This document shows positions 18,460-27,686 of a stretch of 36,385 nucleotides of DNA, one piece after another. The stretch spans positions 1 to 36,385 of the forward strand of contig LBOT01000002.1 in assembly GCA_000989675.1 (NCBI GenBank), given 5' to 3'. Below the pieces are notes generated by a model. It did not search any database and had not been told where the DNA came from. It saw only the letters and a list, made by a program, of their open reading frames with translations. This stretch comes from a candidate division WS6 bacterium GW2011_GWE2_33_157 (GTDB taxonomy: Bacteria; Patescibacteriota; Dojkabacteria; SC72). Position 1 is the first letter of the stretch; every line of letters starts with the position of its first letter. The translations under genes were made by a program, and so were the position numbers.

Positions 18460-20664
18460 ATGCAAACCTTTGAGAAAGAATTAAACCCCATATATACAAG
18501 AATTGATGAAATCAATAACTTTAAAGAGGTTTTTTCTCAAAATAATACTGAAAAAGAAGAATATCCCCATCTAGAAAAAGTAACAAATATTAATGCATTA
18601 ACTGCTAAAAGAATGCTCTCTAGATTAAAAACCTTAGAAAAAGATTTAGAAGAGCAAGCAAAAACAATACAAAGAGAAACTGATATGGATTCTAAGAAAG
18701 ATGCAGTAGGGATATATAACAAGATATTAAAAGAAATAGAGGACTGTGTAGAAAGAATAAATAGGGAATTAATTAAACTAGATACTCCATATTTTGGAAA
18801 GATACTCTTTAAAACAAAGATAAGGGAGAAATCAAGAGAGCTACCAATATATATAGGGAAGTTTGCATTAATGGATCCAGATACATATCAACCATTAATT
18901 AGTGATTGGAGAGCACCCATTGCAAACATATACTATGAAAACAGTGGTCCTACAAAAGCCTTAAAATATGATACCCCCTCTGGAATAAAGGAAGGAGATT
19001 TAATACAAAAGAGGCAATTTAATATTTCAGAAGCTCGATTTAAACATATATATGATGCTAAGAGTGGTAATACGGCTGCTGATGAATTTTTACTTGCTCA
19101 ATTAACAGAAAGATTAGGACAAAAACTTAAAGATATTGTTGCTACAATACAGGAGCAACAAAACAAAATAATAAGGGAAGAAATAAATAAACCAGTAATA
19201 ATACAAGGGGTTGCTGGTAGTGGTAAAACAACAATATTACTACATAAATTAGCATATCTGTTCTACTCACATCAAAATAATATTCATCCAGAAAAGACAT
19301 TAATAATAGCTCCCAATAAAATGTTTCTTGATTACATCTCTGATGTATTGCCTAGTTTGGGCGTAGAGAAAGTAGAAAGTAATACATATATTTTCTGGGC
19401 AAAAAACATCTTAGGTTGGAATGATTCATATACCATATTCCCTGGAGATGAAGATTTAAATATAAAGGAATATAAAGGTACAAATGAATATATTGAAATA
19501 TTGGATTCCTACTTTGAAGAATTTGAATCTAACTTACTCGAAAACATCCCCTATGCAAGAAAAGATGTTCTAAGAAGAAGATATTACGAACTTAAAGAAC
19601 AAAATCCTAAAATAACAATGACAGAGAGATTAACTCTCTCATTAGAATATGCATTTGCTCAAAAGCAATTTAAGGATAAAAATATTAGAAATGTATATGG
19701 TACTTTTGAAACAGATAATTTAAAAAAGAAAGAAATATTAAAATATTTCTCAAGTAATACTATCTCTATGGAAGTATATCGAGATATGTTTAAAAAGGGA
19801 TACCTAAAAAAAGAAATAGCTACATATACATTAGAAGGAGTGTCCAGAAGAGGAAAACAAAAAACATATAGAATGGAAGACCTAGCACCAATTCTTTACC
19901 TTCATCTTAAGATACATGGCCATTCTGAATTTGATAAGGAGTATGTAATGGTTGATGAAGCACAAGATTTAAGTCTAGTACAGATATTAACGCTTCTTCA
20001 AATATCTAAAAATCAGAATATTACATTCGCAGGTGATTTAGCACAATCCATTATCCCCCCATTCTATATTAAAGATTGGAATGGAGTAATAACACTCTTT
20101 GAAAAACTCGGTCTTACAAAATACTCATATCACCAATTAAATAGATGTTACAGAACTACATTAGAAGTGATAGATTTCGCGAATAAAATATTTAGAGATC
20201 GTTTTCCTAAAAGCTATAAATTACCTGAAGCTATACTTAGACATGGAGAAGAGATAAGGATCTTTAAACATGAGAAAGAGGTTAAAGATATAACAGAGAA
20301 GGATTTAAAAATATTAGTAAATGAAATAAAGAAACAATTTGAAAAAGGTTCTGTTACATGTGCACTAATATGTAGAGATAAGGCGCATGCAAAAATAGCA
20401 TATGAGAGATTAATTAAATATGAGAAATATTTAGAAAGAGATATTGTTGATTACTCTATTAATGACTATAAAACAGGATTACTAATACTACCTGTTGAAG
20501 ATGCAAAAGGGTTAGAATTTGATACCGTTATGTTACTTGATGTTAACAGTAGTACATATCCAGATACAGAGCTTTCTACTAGGCTTTTGTATGTAGCAAT
20601 AACAAGGGCTTTACATAGGTTAGTAATAATTGAAAATAATAATAAATCACCAATAATGAAATGA
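18460..20664 (+). CDS. helD: HelD-like SF1 helicase / RNA polymerase recycling factor
   Basis: PYFGKI, LISDWRAPIANIYYE, LKDIVATIQEQQNKIIR, Walker A GVAGSGKTT, VDEAQD, AKGLEFD and LYVAITRA. Confidence 0.82.
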   Translation: MQTFEKELNPIYTRIDEINNFKEVFSQNNTEKEEYPHLEKVTNINALTAKRMLSRLKTLEKDLEEQAKTIQRETDMDSKKDAVGIYNKILKEIEDCVERINRELIKLDTPYFGKILFKTKIREKSRELPIYIGKFALMDPDTYQPLISDWRAPIANIYYENSGPTKALKYDTPSGIKEGDLIQKRQFNISEARFKHIYDAKSGNTAADEFLLAQLTERLGQKLKDIVATIQEQQNKIIREEINKPVIIQGVAGSGKTTILLHKLAYLFYSHQNNIHPEKTLIIAPNKMFLDYISDVLPSLGVEKVESNTYIFWAKNILGWNDSYTIFPGDEDLNIKEYKGTNEYIEILDSYFEEFESNLLENIPYARKDVLRRRYYELKEQNPKITMTERLTLSLEYAFAQKQFKDKNIRNVYGTFETDNLKKKEILKYFSSNTISMEVYRDMFKKGYLKKEIATYTLEGVSRRGKQKTYRMEDLAPILYLHLKIHGHSEFDKEYVMVDEAQDLSLVQILTLLQISKNQNITFAGDLAQSIIPPFYIKDWNGVITLFEKLGLTKYSYHQLNRCYRTTLEVIDFANKIFRDRFPKSYKLPEAILRHGEEIRIFKHEKEVKDITEKDLKILVNEIKKQFEKGSVTCALICRDKAHAKIAYERLIKYEKYLERDIVDYSINDYKTGLLILPVEDAKGLEFDTVMLLDVNSSTYPDTELSTRLLYVAITRALHRLVIIENNNKSPIMK

Positions 20665-21929
20665 GTATATATGGTGCTTTAATCGGAATAGGAATAATAA
20701 TTGGTATTGAACTAATACGTAAGTATTACAAGCAGATATCATATACAGACATACTTATAATCCTCGTATCTGCATTAATTGGAGCAAGAGGACTTTTTCT
20801 TTTGCATAACATCCGTGAAATACAAATTGGAATAATAAATCCAATAGCAGTATGGGATGGTGGTTTAGCATTCTTTGGAGGATTAATAGGTATACTTCTT
20901 TCAATATATATCATTAGTAAAAAGAAAAAGCTCTCATTTCTAAACATCTTGGATTCTACCCTACTCTTCTTACCTTTAATTCAATCAATTGGAAGAATTG
21001 GAAACTTTTTTAATCATGAATTGTATGGTAAACCCACCTCTCTTCCATGGGGTGTGTATGTACCAGAGCAGTACAGAGATCAACAGTACATATCATTTAC
21101 TCATTTTCATCCCGTATTTTTCTATGAATCTATCCTCAATATCCTTAATTTTGCTATCCTTCTCCTATTAAGAAAAAAGTTTAAAAAGGAAGGATATATA
21201 ACTGCAATATATTTTATCAATTACTCATTAATACGATTACTAATGAATGTGATAAGAATAGACAAAGAGTATATACTTAATTTAGAGACTTCAGATATCT
21301 TTTCTGGTATATTTTTAGCTATAGGGGTCTTAATCCTATTAAATACAATGGAAAATAATAATATAAAAGATTTAATAGCAAAATTCTTTTCAAGAATTCT
21401 TACAATATCCTTAATTATCCTTGCAATTGTTTCAATTCTCTTAAAAACAACATTACCATTTGAAACTGAATTAATAATTGCAACACTTACATTTGTTGTA
21501 CCAATATTAACAATAGTTCTTTTCAAAAAGTTAGGTATAACTTCTGATTTTAATGTAAGTAAAAGGAGTGAAAGACCAAGACTCTTTGCAGTAATGGCAA
21601 TATCTTTTGCAATAGCACTTTACATAGCTATTAACTCTTCTAGTACTCTTTTAATAGTAATATTCTCTACACTTAATATCACTTTCTTTTTAGGCTTTGT
21701 AATTACACTTTTTTGGAAGATAAGTTTTCATATGATCTGGAGTATACTTGCAACCTTCTTTATCATTTACTCATTACAAACACCTCAATCATATCTTTTA
21801 ATACTTTTCATTCCTTTAATTGCATGGTCTAGATTACAATTAAAAAGGCACTCCCTTTTACAGGTAGTAGCAGGTACTCTTTTAACTCTTACATGTATTT
21901 TTCTAGTTTTAACCTTTATTAAATTCTGA
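20661..21929 (+). CDS. lgt: Prolipoprotein diacylglyceryl transferase fused to a PAP2-like membrane domain
   Basis: Residues ~1-229 carry WDGGLAFFGG, GRIGNFFNHELYG and HP..FYES. The C-terminal ~190 aa carry WKISFH and WSRLQLKRHSLLQV (PAP2 C2/C3-like). Confidence 0.85.
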   Translation: MSIYGALIGIGIIIGIELIRKYYKQISYTDILIILVSALIGARGLFLLHNIREIQIGIINPIAVWDGGLAFFGGLIGILLSIYIISKKKKLSFLNILDSTLLFLPLIQSIGRIGNFFNHELYGKPTSLPWGVYVPEQYRDQQYISFTHFHPVFFYESILNILNFAILLLLRKKFKKEGYITAIYFINYSLIRLLMNVIRIDKEYILNLETSDIFSGIFLAIGVLILLNTMENNNIKDLIAKFFSRILTISLIILAIVSILLKTTLPFETELIIATLTFVVPILTIVLFKKLGITSDFNVSKRSERPRLFAVMAISFAIALYIAINSSSTLLIVIFSTLNITFFLGFVITLFWKISFHMIWSILATFFIIYSLQTPQSYLLILFIPLIAWSRLQLKRHSLLQVVAGTLLTLTCIFLVLTFIKF

Positions 21930-21945
21930 TAGAATTCACTTGTTT

Positions 21946-23370
21946 ATGGAAAATCTAACAATTACACAAATAAGGGAAAAACTACTTAAAAAGGAATTCT
22001 CTGCAGAAGAACTCTTAAACTACTATCTTAGAAAGATTGAGCAAGAAGATAGTAAGTTAAATGCATATATAACAGTAGCAAGTGAGCAAGCTTTAAAAAG
22101 TGCTAAACACTTTGATAACAATTTTGAAACAGAGAAAGATAAGAAATTAGGTGGAGTACCATTGGCAATTAAAGATGTGTTTTCTACCAAAGATATACTT
22201 ACTACATGTGCGTCACATATATTAGATGAATACAAACCTGTATATGAATCAACCGTTACATCAAGATTAATATCTGAAGGGGCTATAATACTTGGTAAAA
22301 CAAACTTAGATCAATTCTGTCATGGATCATCAACTGTAACTTCCTACTATGGACCTACTAGAAACCCCTTTGATATGGAAAGGTTACCGGGAGGTTCCAG
22401 TGGTGGTTCAGCAGCTGCAACAGCAGCAGATCTTTGTGCAGGTTCACTTGGTACAGAAACTGCAGGTTCTCTTAGATTACCAGCCTCATGGTGTGGAATT
22501 GTAGGTTTAAAACCGACATATGGAAGAGTATCAAGATATGGAGTACTTGCAATGGGTTCATCTCTAGATTGTCCTGGTCCATTAACAAAGTCAGTAGAAG
22601 ATTCTGCACTAATACTTTCCGTAATAGCTGGATATGATCCTAAAGATTTTACATCTTACAAAGATGATACTTCTGATTACCTTCTAAATCTTAATCCATC
22701 TCTAGTTAAAGGAATGAGAATTGCAATACCTAAGGAGTATCTAGAATTAGAAATTGAAGAAGGTGTACTAAGAAATTTTGAGAAAGATATTGAGATATTA
22801 AAAAGATTGGGAGCTGATATACAGTATGTAAATATATTAAATCCAAGCTTTGGGATGGCAGTATACACTGTAACATGTAGGAGTGAGGTATCATCCAATC
22901 TTGCTAGGTATGATGGTACAAGATATGGATTAGAAGGAAAAGACAAGAGTAGTATTAAAAAATATTACGAATCTACAAGAGGAGAAGGATTTGGACAGGA
23001 ACCAAAAAGAAGAGTCATGACAGGAACATATTCCCTTTCTGCAGGATATGCAGATGAATATTTTAAAAAGTCAGAACAGGTTAGACAATTAATAAAGGAA
23101 AACCTTAATGAGATACTCAAAGAGTATGATTGTATAACGTCACCTACTACACCTACGATTGCCTTAAAAGATAAAGATGCCGATAATCCTCTCTTTGGAG
23201 AAATGGCTGATATATTAGCAGAGGGAAGCTCAGAAGCAGGATTACCCGCAATATCTATTCCAAATGGTAAATCAGAAAATATGCCAACTGGTATACAGTT
23301 TATAGGAAAAACATTAGACGAACAAACAGTACTCAATGTAGCAAAAGCCTTAGAAGGAAACCTTAATTAA
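21946..23370 (+). CDS. gatA: Asp-tRNA(Asn)/Glu-tRNA(Gln) amidotransferase subunit A
   Basis: Amidase signature GKTNLDQF, PGGSSGGSAAA, TETAGSLRLPA and SSNLARYDG. The start may be TTG 21940 or ATG 21946. Confidence 0.95.
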   Translation: MENLTITQIREKLLKKEFSAEELLNYYLRKIEQEDSKLNAYITVASEQALKSAKHFDNNFETEKDKKLGGVPLAIKDVFSTKDILTTCASHILDEYKPVYESTVTSRLISEGAIILGKTNLDQFCHGSSTVTSYYGPTRNPFDMERLPGGSSGGSAAATAADLCAGSLGTETAGSLRLPASWCGIVGLKPTYGRVSRYGVLAMGSSLDCPGPLTKSVEDSALILSVIAGYDPKDFTSYKDDTSDYLLNLNPSLVKGMRIAIPKEYLELEIEEGVLRNFEKDIEILKRLGADIQYVNILNPSFGMAVYTVTCRSEVSSNLARYDGTRYGLEGKDKSSIKKYYESTRGEGFGQEPKRRVMTGTYSLSAGYADEYFKKSEQVRQLIKENLNEILKEYDCITSPTTPTIALKDKDADNPLFGEMADILAEGSSEAGLPAISIPNGKSENMPTGIQFIGKTLDEQTVLNVAKALEGNLN

Positions 23371-24281
23371 GGTTGCAATATATCCTCAGTTCTACCATCT
23401 ATTGAAATAACTACAGAATCAACTGTACTAAACTGTTTTAACGTTTCGGTTATTGATGCCCTTATACTTGTAACCTTACAACTACCACCGACCCCCTCTT
23501 CTAATTCTTTACTTAAGTCTACCTTAGCTATACCATTTTTAATTTCTAAACTCTGTATTATTACTCCATCATTAATGTTAGTAAAATACCCTTGATTCTC
23601 CTCTTCCTCTGTAGTTCCTTTAAAAAGTTCTTCCAGTGACGCCCTACCTACTGCTACTGTTTTCTCTACAACCCTGTTTACTGGAAATACTAAACTACAA
23701 TCGTCTGTAGATCCCATATCCATATTTGGTAAATATACCTTTAGAGTCATAGTTTCTGGTAATGGTTTAACAAGTAGTTTAATATCTGCAGAATCTTCAT
23801 TCTGAACTAAACCTGAAGGATTACTTTTTTCAAATCTTAAAATTACCTCCATATCCGAATCAATATCAAGACTCAATACAAATTCGAATGGTACCTCCCC
23901 TTCCTGTGTCCATTCCTCTTGTGCCATAGCATTTAATGTACTAAACACCTCCCCCTTACTATTTAATACTCTTACAGGGAAATCTCCTTCAAAATACCAA
24001 CTACTGTCTACACTCCCACTTATTGTATCCCCAACAGTAACAGTATCATTGTTCTTAACATTAAGCATAGATATTCTAGTTCCTTTTACAGAGAGTACTT
24101 CTTCTTGTACTTCCTCGTTTTCGTTGTTGTTTTCTGAATTCTCTTCAGTACAAATATCTGTAATTTGTTTACATATTGAAAATTGACAACAGATGTCCTT
24201 GTTCTTAAAAATATATGCAGTACCAACTAAGAATATTGAGAGTAATAATATGCTAAGTATTAATACGATATTCTTTATCAT
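23367..24281 (-). CDS. Gmad2 Ig-like + GerMN domain membrane-anchored protein
   Basis: N-terminal anchor, WYFEGDFPVRV...EKSNPSGL (Gmad2-like), and VFPVNRVV...GGSCKVTSIRASITETLKQFSTVDSVVISIDG (GerMN). Confidence 0.85.
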   Translation of the reverse strand: MIKNIVLILSILLLSIFLVGTAYIFKNKDICCQFSICKQITDICTEENSENNNENEEVQEEVLSVKGTRISMLNVKNNDTVTVGDTISGSVDSSWYFEGDFPVRVLNSKGEVFSTLNAMAQEEWTQEGEVPFEFVLSLDIDSDMEVILRFEKSNPSGLVQNEDSADIKLLVKPLPETMTLKVYLPNMDMGSTDDCSLVFPVNRVVEKTVAVGRASLEELFKGTTEEEENQGYFTNINDGVIIQSLEIKNGIAKVDLSKELEEGVGGSCKVTSIRASITETLKQFSTVDSVVISIDGRTEDILQP

Positions 24282-24360
24282 TGATATGTATATTTAAGTA
24301 ATTTACCTTACATTCATAGTATACCTTTTTAAAAAGGAATTTCAATATACATAATTTAAA

Positions 24361-24804
24361 TCAAAACTCCCTTTTGTATCTCCCAACTAATTCAGCATAT
24401 CCAATAATATGCTTTTCTATTACTCCCTCTAAAATCTGTATTGTTGTTTTCTCAGGATCAGTATCAATCATTTTATCTAGAGCATATATTTTAAAAAAAT
24501 ATCTATGTTCTCCATTTGGTGGACAAATTGGATCCCACTCCCTGTTTCCACTTGAGTTCTTTCCTACGACACTAGATTCAATAGAGGATTTAGATGTAAT
24601 ATTCCCTGATGGACGTATATTCCATACCATCCAATGAATCCAAAGACCTGCAGGGGCATCAGGGTCTTCTACTATTAATACAAAACTTTTAGTTTCTTCA
24701 GGAGGCTCTAAAACCGTTATAGTGGGTACTTCTCCTTCTCCATCACAGGTATATTTAGAGGGTATATATCCTTCATTTTCAAATCCTGTACTACCAATTA
24801 TCAT
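24361..24804 (-). CDS. YbhB/YbcL family PEBP (Raf kinase inhibitor-like) protein
   Basis: IPSKYTCDG, LIVEDPDAP, WIHWMVWNI and CPPNGEHRYFFKIYALD. Confidence 0.93.
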   Translation of the reverse strand: MIIGSTGFENEGYIPSKYTCDGEGEVPTITVLEPPEETKSFVLIVEDPDAPAGLWIHWMVWNIRPSGNITSKSSIESSVVGKNSSGNREWDPICPPNGEHRYFFKIYALDKMIDTDPEKTTIQILEGVIEKHIIGYAELVGRYKREF

Positions 24805-24863
24805 TTATAAATGTTTTTTAATTTAGATATTGAATTAAAGGTATGTTTTGTCGTAATATCATG

Positions 24864-24896
24864 TATCAGAAGTGAGAAAGCTCATCACTTCTGATA
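24864..24896. terminator. Hairpin overlapping the sipW stop codon
   Basis: Perfect 12-bp inverted repeat TATCAGAAGTGA (24864-24875) / TCACTTCTGATA (24885-24896). Confidence 0.55.
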
Positions 24897-25445
24897 TTTT
24901 TTATTCCAAGAGATTTCTTTAATCGTATTTCTATCTCTTCTTTTTGAAACGATAATGTTCTTTATTTTCTTAGCTTCCTCATAACTTATTATTACCGAAG
25001 GTATTAGTATTACTAGTAGAAATCCTATTGGGGTTTTTACAAAGTTAATGGGATATCCTAAGAGAGGAATTCTAAATACATACTTACCTACAATTTCTTC
25101 TTTATCAACAGAAGCAACATCAGACACATTATTAAAATCACCCTTTGTTTTAAATGTATTATCTTCATTAATTCCTACTATCCTATGTGTAACAGTTACT
25201 AAAGATTTTCCACTTCCACTTTCAAAAGCAATAACATCATTTACTTTGTATTCTTCCTGTTCTTTAACGAATATTAAATCACCAACTTTAATTGTTGGTT
25301 TCATTGATCCACTTTTAACAGAATATAGCCTGAATGGTAATTCTACATTTAATGTAGATAACGTTGATATTAATGCAATAAATATTATAAATACAATTAA
25401 AAACCAATATATTATTTTTAATATTTTTTTATTTAATTTTTTCAA
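24885..25445 (-). CDS. sipW: Signal peptidase I, SipW/ER-type (S26B)
   Basis: VKSGSMKPTI.VGDLI, VTHRIV (Ser-His type), TKGDFNNVSD, and TM helices at both ends. Confidence 0.9.
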   Translation of the reverse strand: MKKLNKKILKIIYWFLIVFIIFIALISTLSTLNVELPFRLYSVKSGSMKPTIKVGDLIFVKEQEEYKVNDVIAFESGSGKSLVTVTHRIVGINEDNTFKTKGDFNNVSDVASVDKEEIVGKYVFRIPLLGYPINFVKTPIGFLLVILIPSVIISYEEAKKIKNIIVSKRRDRNTIKEISWNKKYQK

Positions 25446-25471
25446 ATTTTTTTACTAAAAAATAATACAGA

Positions 25472-25495
25472 AGGCTGCACCTTTCGATGCAGCCT
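25472..25495 (-). terminator. GC-rich GNRA hairpin between tasA and sipW
   Basis: The minus strand reads AGGCTGCATC-GAAA-GGTGCAGCCT, followed by the U-rich TCTGTATTATTTTTT. Confidence 0.7.
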
Positions 25496-25505
25496 AATTT
25501 AAGAG

Positions 25506-26096
25506 TTAATCATTATCTTGCATTGCATCAACGATCTCAGAAAAGGTTACGGACTCTCCCATAATCTCATTTCCTGCTTCGCTATCAATACTTAATTTTT
25601 GACATACTCTCATTGTCCATCCTGCTCTAATATTGTCTGCTGGTGATCCAGAGGCATCCTCCTCATTAGCATGTTGCCACAAATGGCTTACTAATGTCTG
25701 TGGTGCGAAATCCTTTACAAACCCATTGTAAATAGGATTCTCTCCGAAGTCATTCGTATTACATACACTATCTCCTCCAGCTTCCTCCATTTCCATTTTT
25801 AAGGCATTGTACAAATCTGTACTTCCACCTGTTTTCTCAAATGAAACATACCCCTCAAATGGCATTAACCCTGAGTTGAAAATATCCATATATTCCCAAC
25901 CGTCTTCAAATCCTGGATAAGCATTTTGTATGTCATATGGTTTACCTGCAGTATGATTAAGAGTCAATGCAAGTTCTCCTGTAGCAACAGTATTACCTGC
26001 AATGATCTCTTGATCAGTAAATAGTGCAAATGTTGAATTCACCACTAAAGCTCCTAAAGCGGCGATTATCATCGCACTTGTTAGAATTTGTCTCAT
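25506..26096 (-). CDS. TasA/CalY (camelysin) family protein with SipW-type signal peptide
   Basis: Signal motif STFALFTDQE...GNTVATGELAL, acidic beta-rich body, directly upstream of sipW. Confidence 0.85.
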   Translation of the reverse strand: MRQILTSAMIIAALGALVVNSTFALFTDQEIIAGNTVATGELALTLNHTAGKPYDIQNAYPGFEDGWEYMDIFNSGLMPFEGYVSFEKTGGSTDLYNALKMEMEEAGGDSVCNTNDFGENPIYNGFVKDFAPQTLVSHLWQHANEEDASGSPADNIRAGWTMRVCQKLSIDSEAGNEIMGESVTFSEIVDAMQDND

Positions 26097-26504
26097 ATTT
26101 AATTTTTAAACAAATTAAATAAGGCACTTAGTGCATATCTACCTTATGCTTTTTATCCTTAAAATTTATATATTCTCTTAAGGGTTTATTCGAACATAAA
26201 AAGATAGAACTATTTCTAAGCAAGGTTTTTTGTTTTTGTTGATAATTTCGGAACGCGTTTATTAAAACTTCACTACACTATATATTTTTCTATATATATT
26301 TATATATGTCAATAGTTAGTCAGATGAAAGATTCGTTTCTGTTGTTAATAAAAGGTTTGTTAAAACAAAAAATTTGCAACTTATCACAGAAAAGCTCCTG
26401 TCCTTAGGTTCTTTACTAAAACGTTTAAGTATAAACCCCTTCGGAGTTAAATACTAATACAGTATGGGAATAGAAATATAATTATGTAAAATGTATAATT
26501 AAAT

Positions 26505-26684
26505 ATGAACAAGCAAAAAAAACTTAATAGTACATTAAAAGTTTTTTATAAAAAAAATCCAGAGATTGTTAAAGCTTTAGAATTATTAGAGATATCAGGC
26601 AATTTATATCAGAATAAAATTAAAACACAAACCAAAATTACGACTTTAAACAAAACAACTCACAAAACTTTTTATACTACTTAG
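26505..26684 (+). CDS. 59-aa basic small protein upstream of the SDH protease (not in the ORF track)
   Basis: MNKQKKLNSTLKVFYKKNPEIVKALELLEISGNLYQNKIKTQTKITTLNKTTHKTFYTT*. TATAAT (26494-26499) lies 5 nt before the ATG, and the stop is 4 nt before the next ATG. Confidence 0.6.
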   Translation: MNKQKKLNSTLKVFYKKNPEIVKALELLEISGNLYQNKIKTQTKITTLNKTTHKTFYTT

Positions 26685-26688
26685 CAAA

Positions 26689-27612
26689 ATGACGACTTGG
26701 CAAGAAATTCAAAAAGAAATGCAAACTACTCATCCTGATATAGTTAGAAGAGGCAAGTATCAGAAATTAGTAGAAATCACTAAAAGACCCTTAATAGTCT
26801 ACGCCTCCGCATTTACACAACCAACAAAGAATCAATACCAAAATTTAATGGCCTTAGACCTATCAGATAAGGATGGCTTTGAAGAGGTTACAAGAAGAAT
26901 TGATAGTCCTTCAATTGATATTTTATTACACAGCCCAGGAGGTTCTGCAGAAGCTACTGAATCTATCGTTAGAACTTTAAGAAGTCGATTTTCTAATATT
27001 CGATTTATTATTACAGGGGTTGCAAAAAGTGCAGCCACAATGTTAGCACTCTCCGGCGACTCAATAATTCTAACTAGAGCTGCAGAATTAGGACCAATTG
27101 ACCCTCAAATCAGAGTAAGAAACAGGTTTTCTGCAGCAGGTTCTATAATCGAACAATTTGAGACAGCTACTAAACAAATAAAAAGCAATCCCGAGTCACT
27201 TCCAGCATGGATTCCAATCTTACAAGAATATGCTCCATGTTTGTTAGTCGATTGTAAAAATTATACAGAATTAGCAGAGAGCCTAGTTAGGACTTGGATG
27301 AAAGACTATATGTTCAAGGGAGAGTCTACCAAAGCAACAAAAGCAAAAATTAAGAATATAGCCCATTTTTTAACAAATGAAAAGCAAAATCTCTCTCATG
27401 CAAGGAGAATTGGGTATGACGAGTTATATGAGATAGGAGTAAAAGTCTCTTTAGCAGAGGAAGTGGGTACAGACTTTGCAGATGCACTAAATGACGTTCA
27501 TTTATCTCTAGTACAGACATTACACTTTAGTGATGCTGTAAAAATATTTGAGAATTCAAACAACGAAGCACTTATCTATAACATTCAAACTGCTTCCTTG
27601 CCGTTAGAATAG
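26689..27612 (+). CDS. SDH-family ClpP-fold serine protease (S49-like)
   Basis: LLHSPGGSAEA, AKSAATMLAL (Ser), LGPIDPQ (Asp) and LSHARRI (His). Confidence 0.88.
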   Translation: MTTWQEIQKEMQTTHPDIVRRGKYQKLVEITKRPLIVYASAFTQPTKNQYQNLMALDLSDKDGFEEVTRRIDSPSIDILLHSPGGSAEATESIVRTLRSRFSNIRFIITGVAKSAATMLALSGDSIILTRAAELGPIDPQIRVRNRFSAAGSIIEQFETATKQIKSNPESLPAWIPILQEYAPCLLVDCKNYTELAESLVRTWMKDYMFKGESTKATKAKIKNIAHFLTNEKQNLSHARRIGYDELYEIGVKVSLAEEVGTDFADALNDVHLSLVQTLHFSDAVKIFENSNNEALIYNIQTASLPLE

Positions 27613-27686
27613 ATAAATTGGGTTATAAAATATACTTAGCTATTATTTATAATACCTAGGTTAAAGTTATTATTACATACCGGTAA

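Noticed and set aside
18309-18515. 68-aa minus-strand ORF as a protein antitoxin
   Set aside because: It overlaps the helD start and promoter, has no clear initiation signal and has no recognisable features. An antisense RNA here remains possible.
24282-26688. Direct-repeat copy of the tRNA-Lys 3' end marking the island's far boundary
   Set aside because: I searched the intergenic stretches by eye and found none. The GTTCGAAT on the minus strand near 26190 lacks the T-stem and acceptor match, so the left boundary is undefined.
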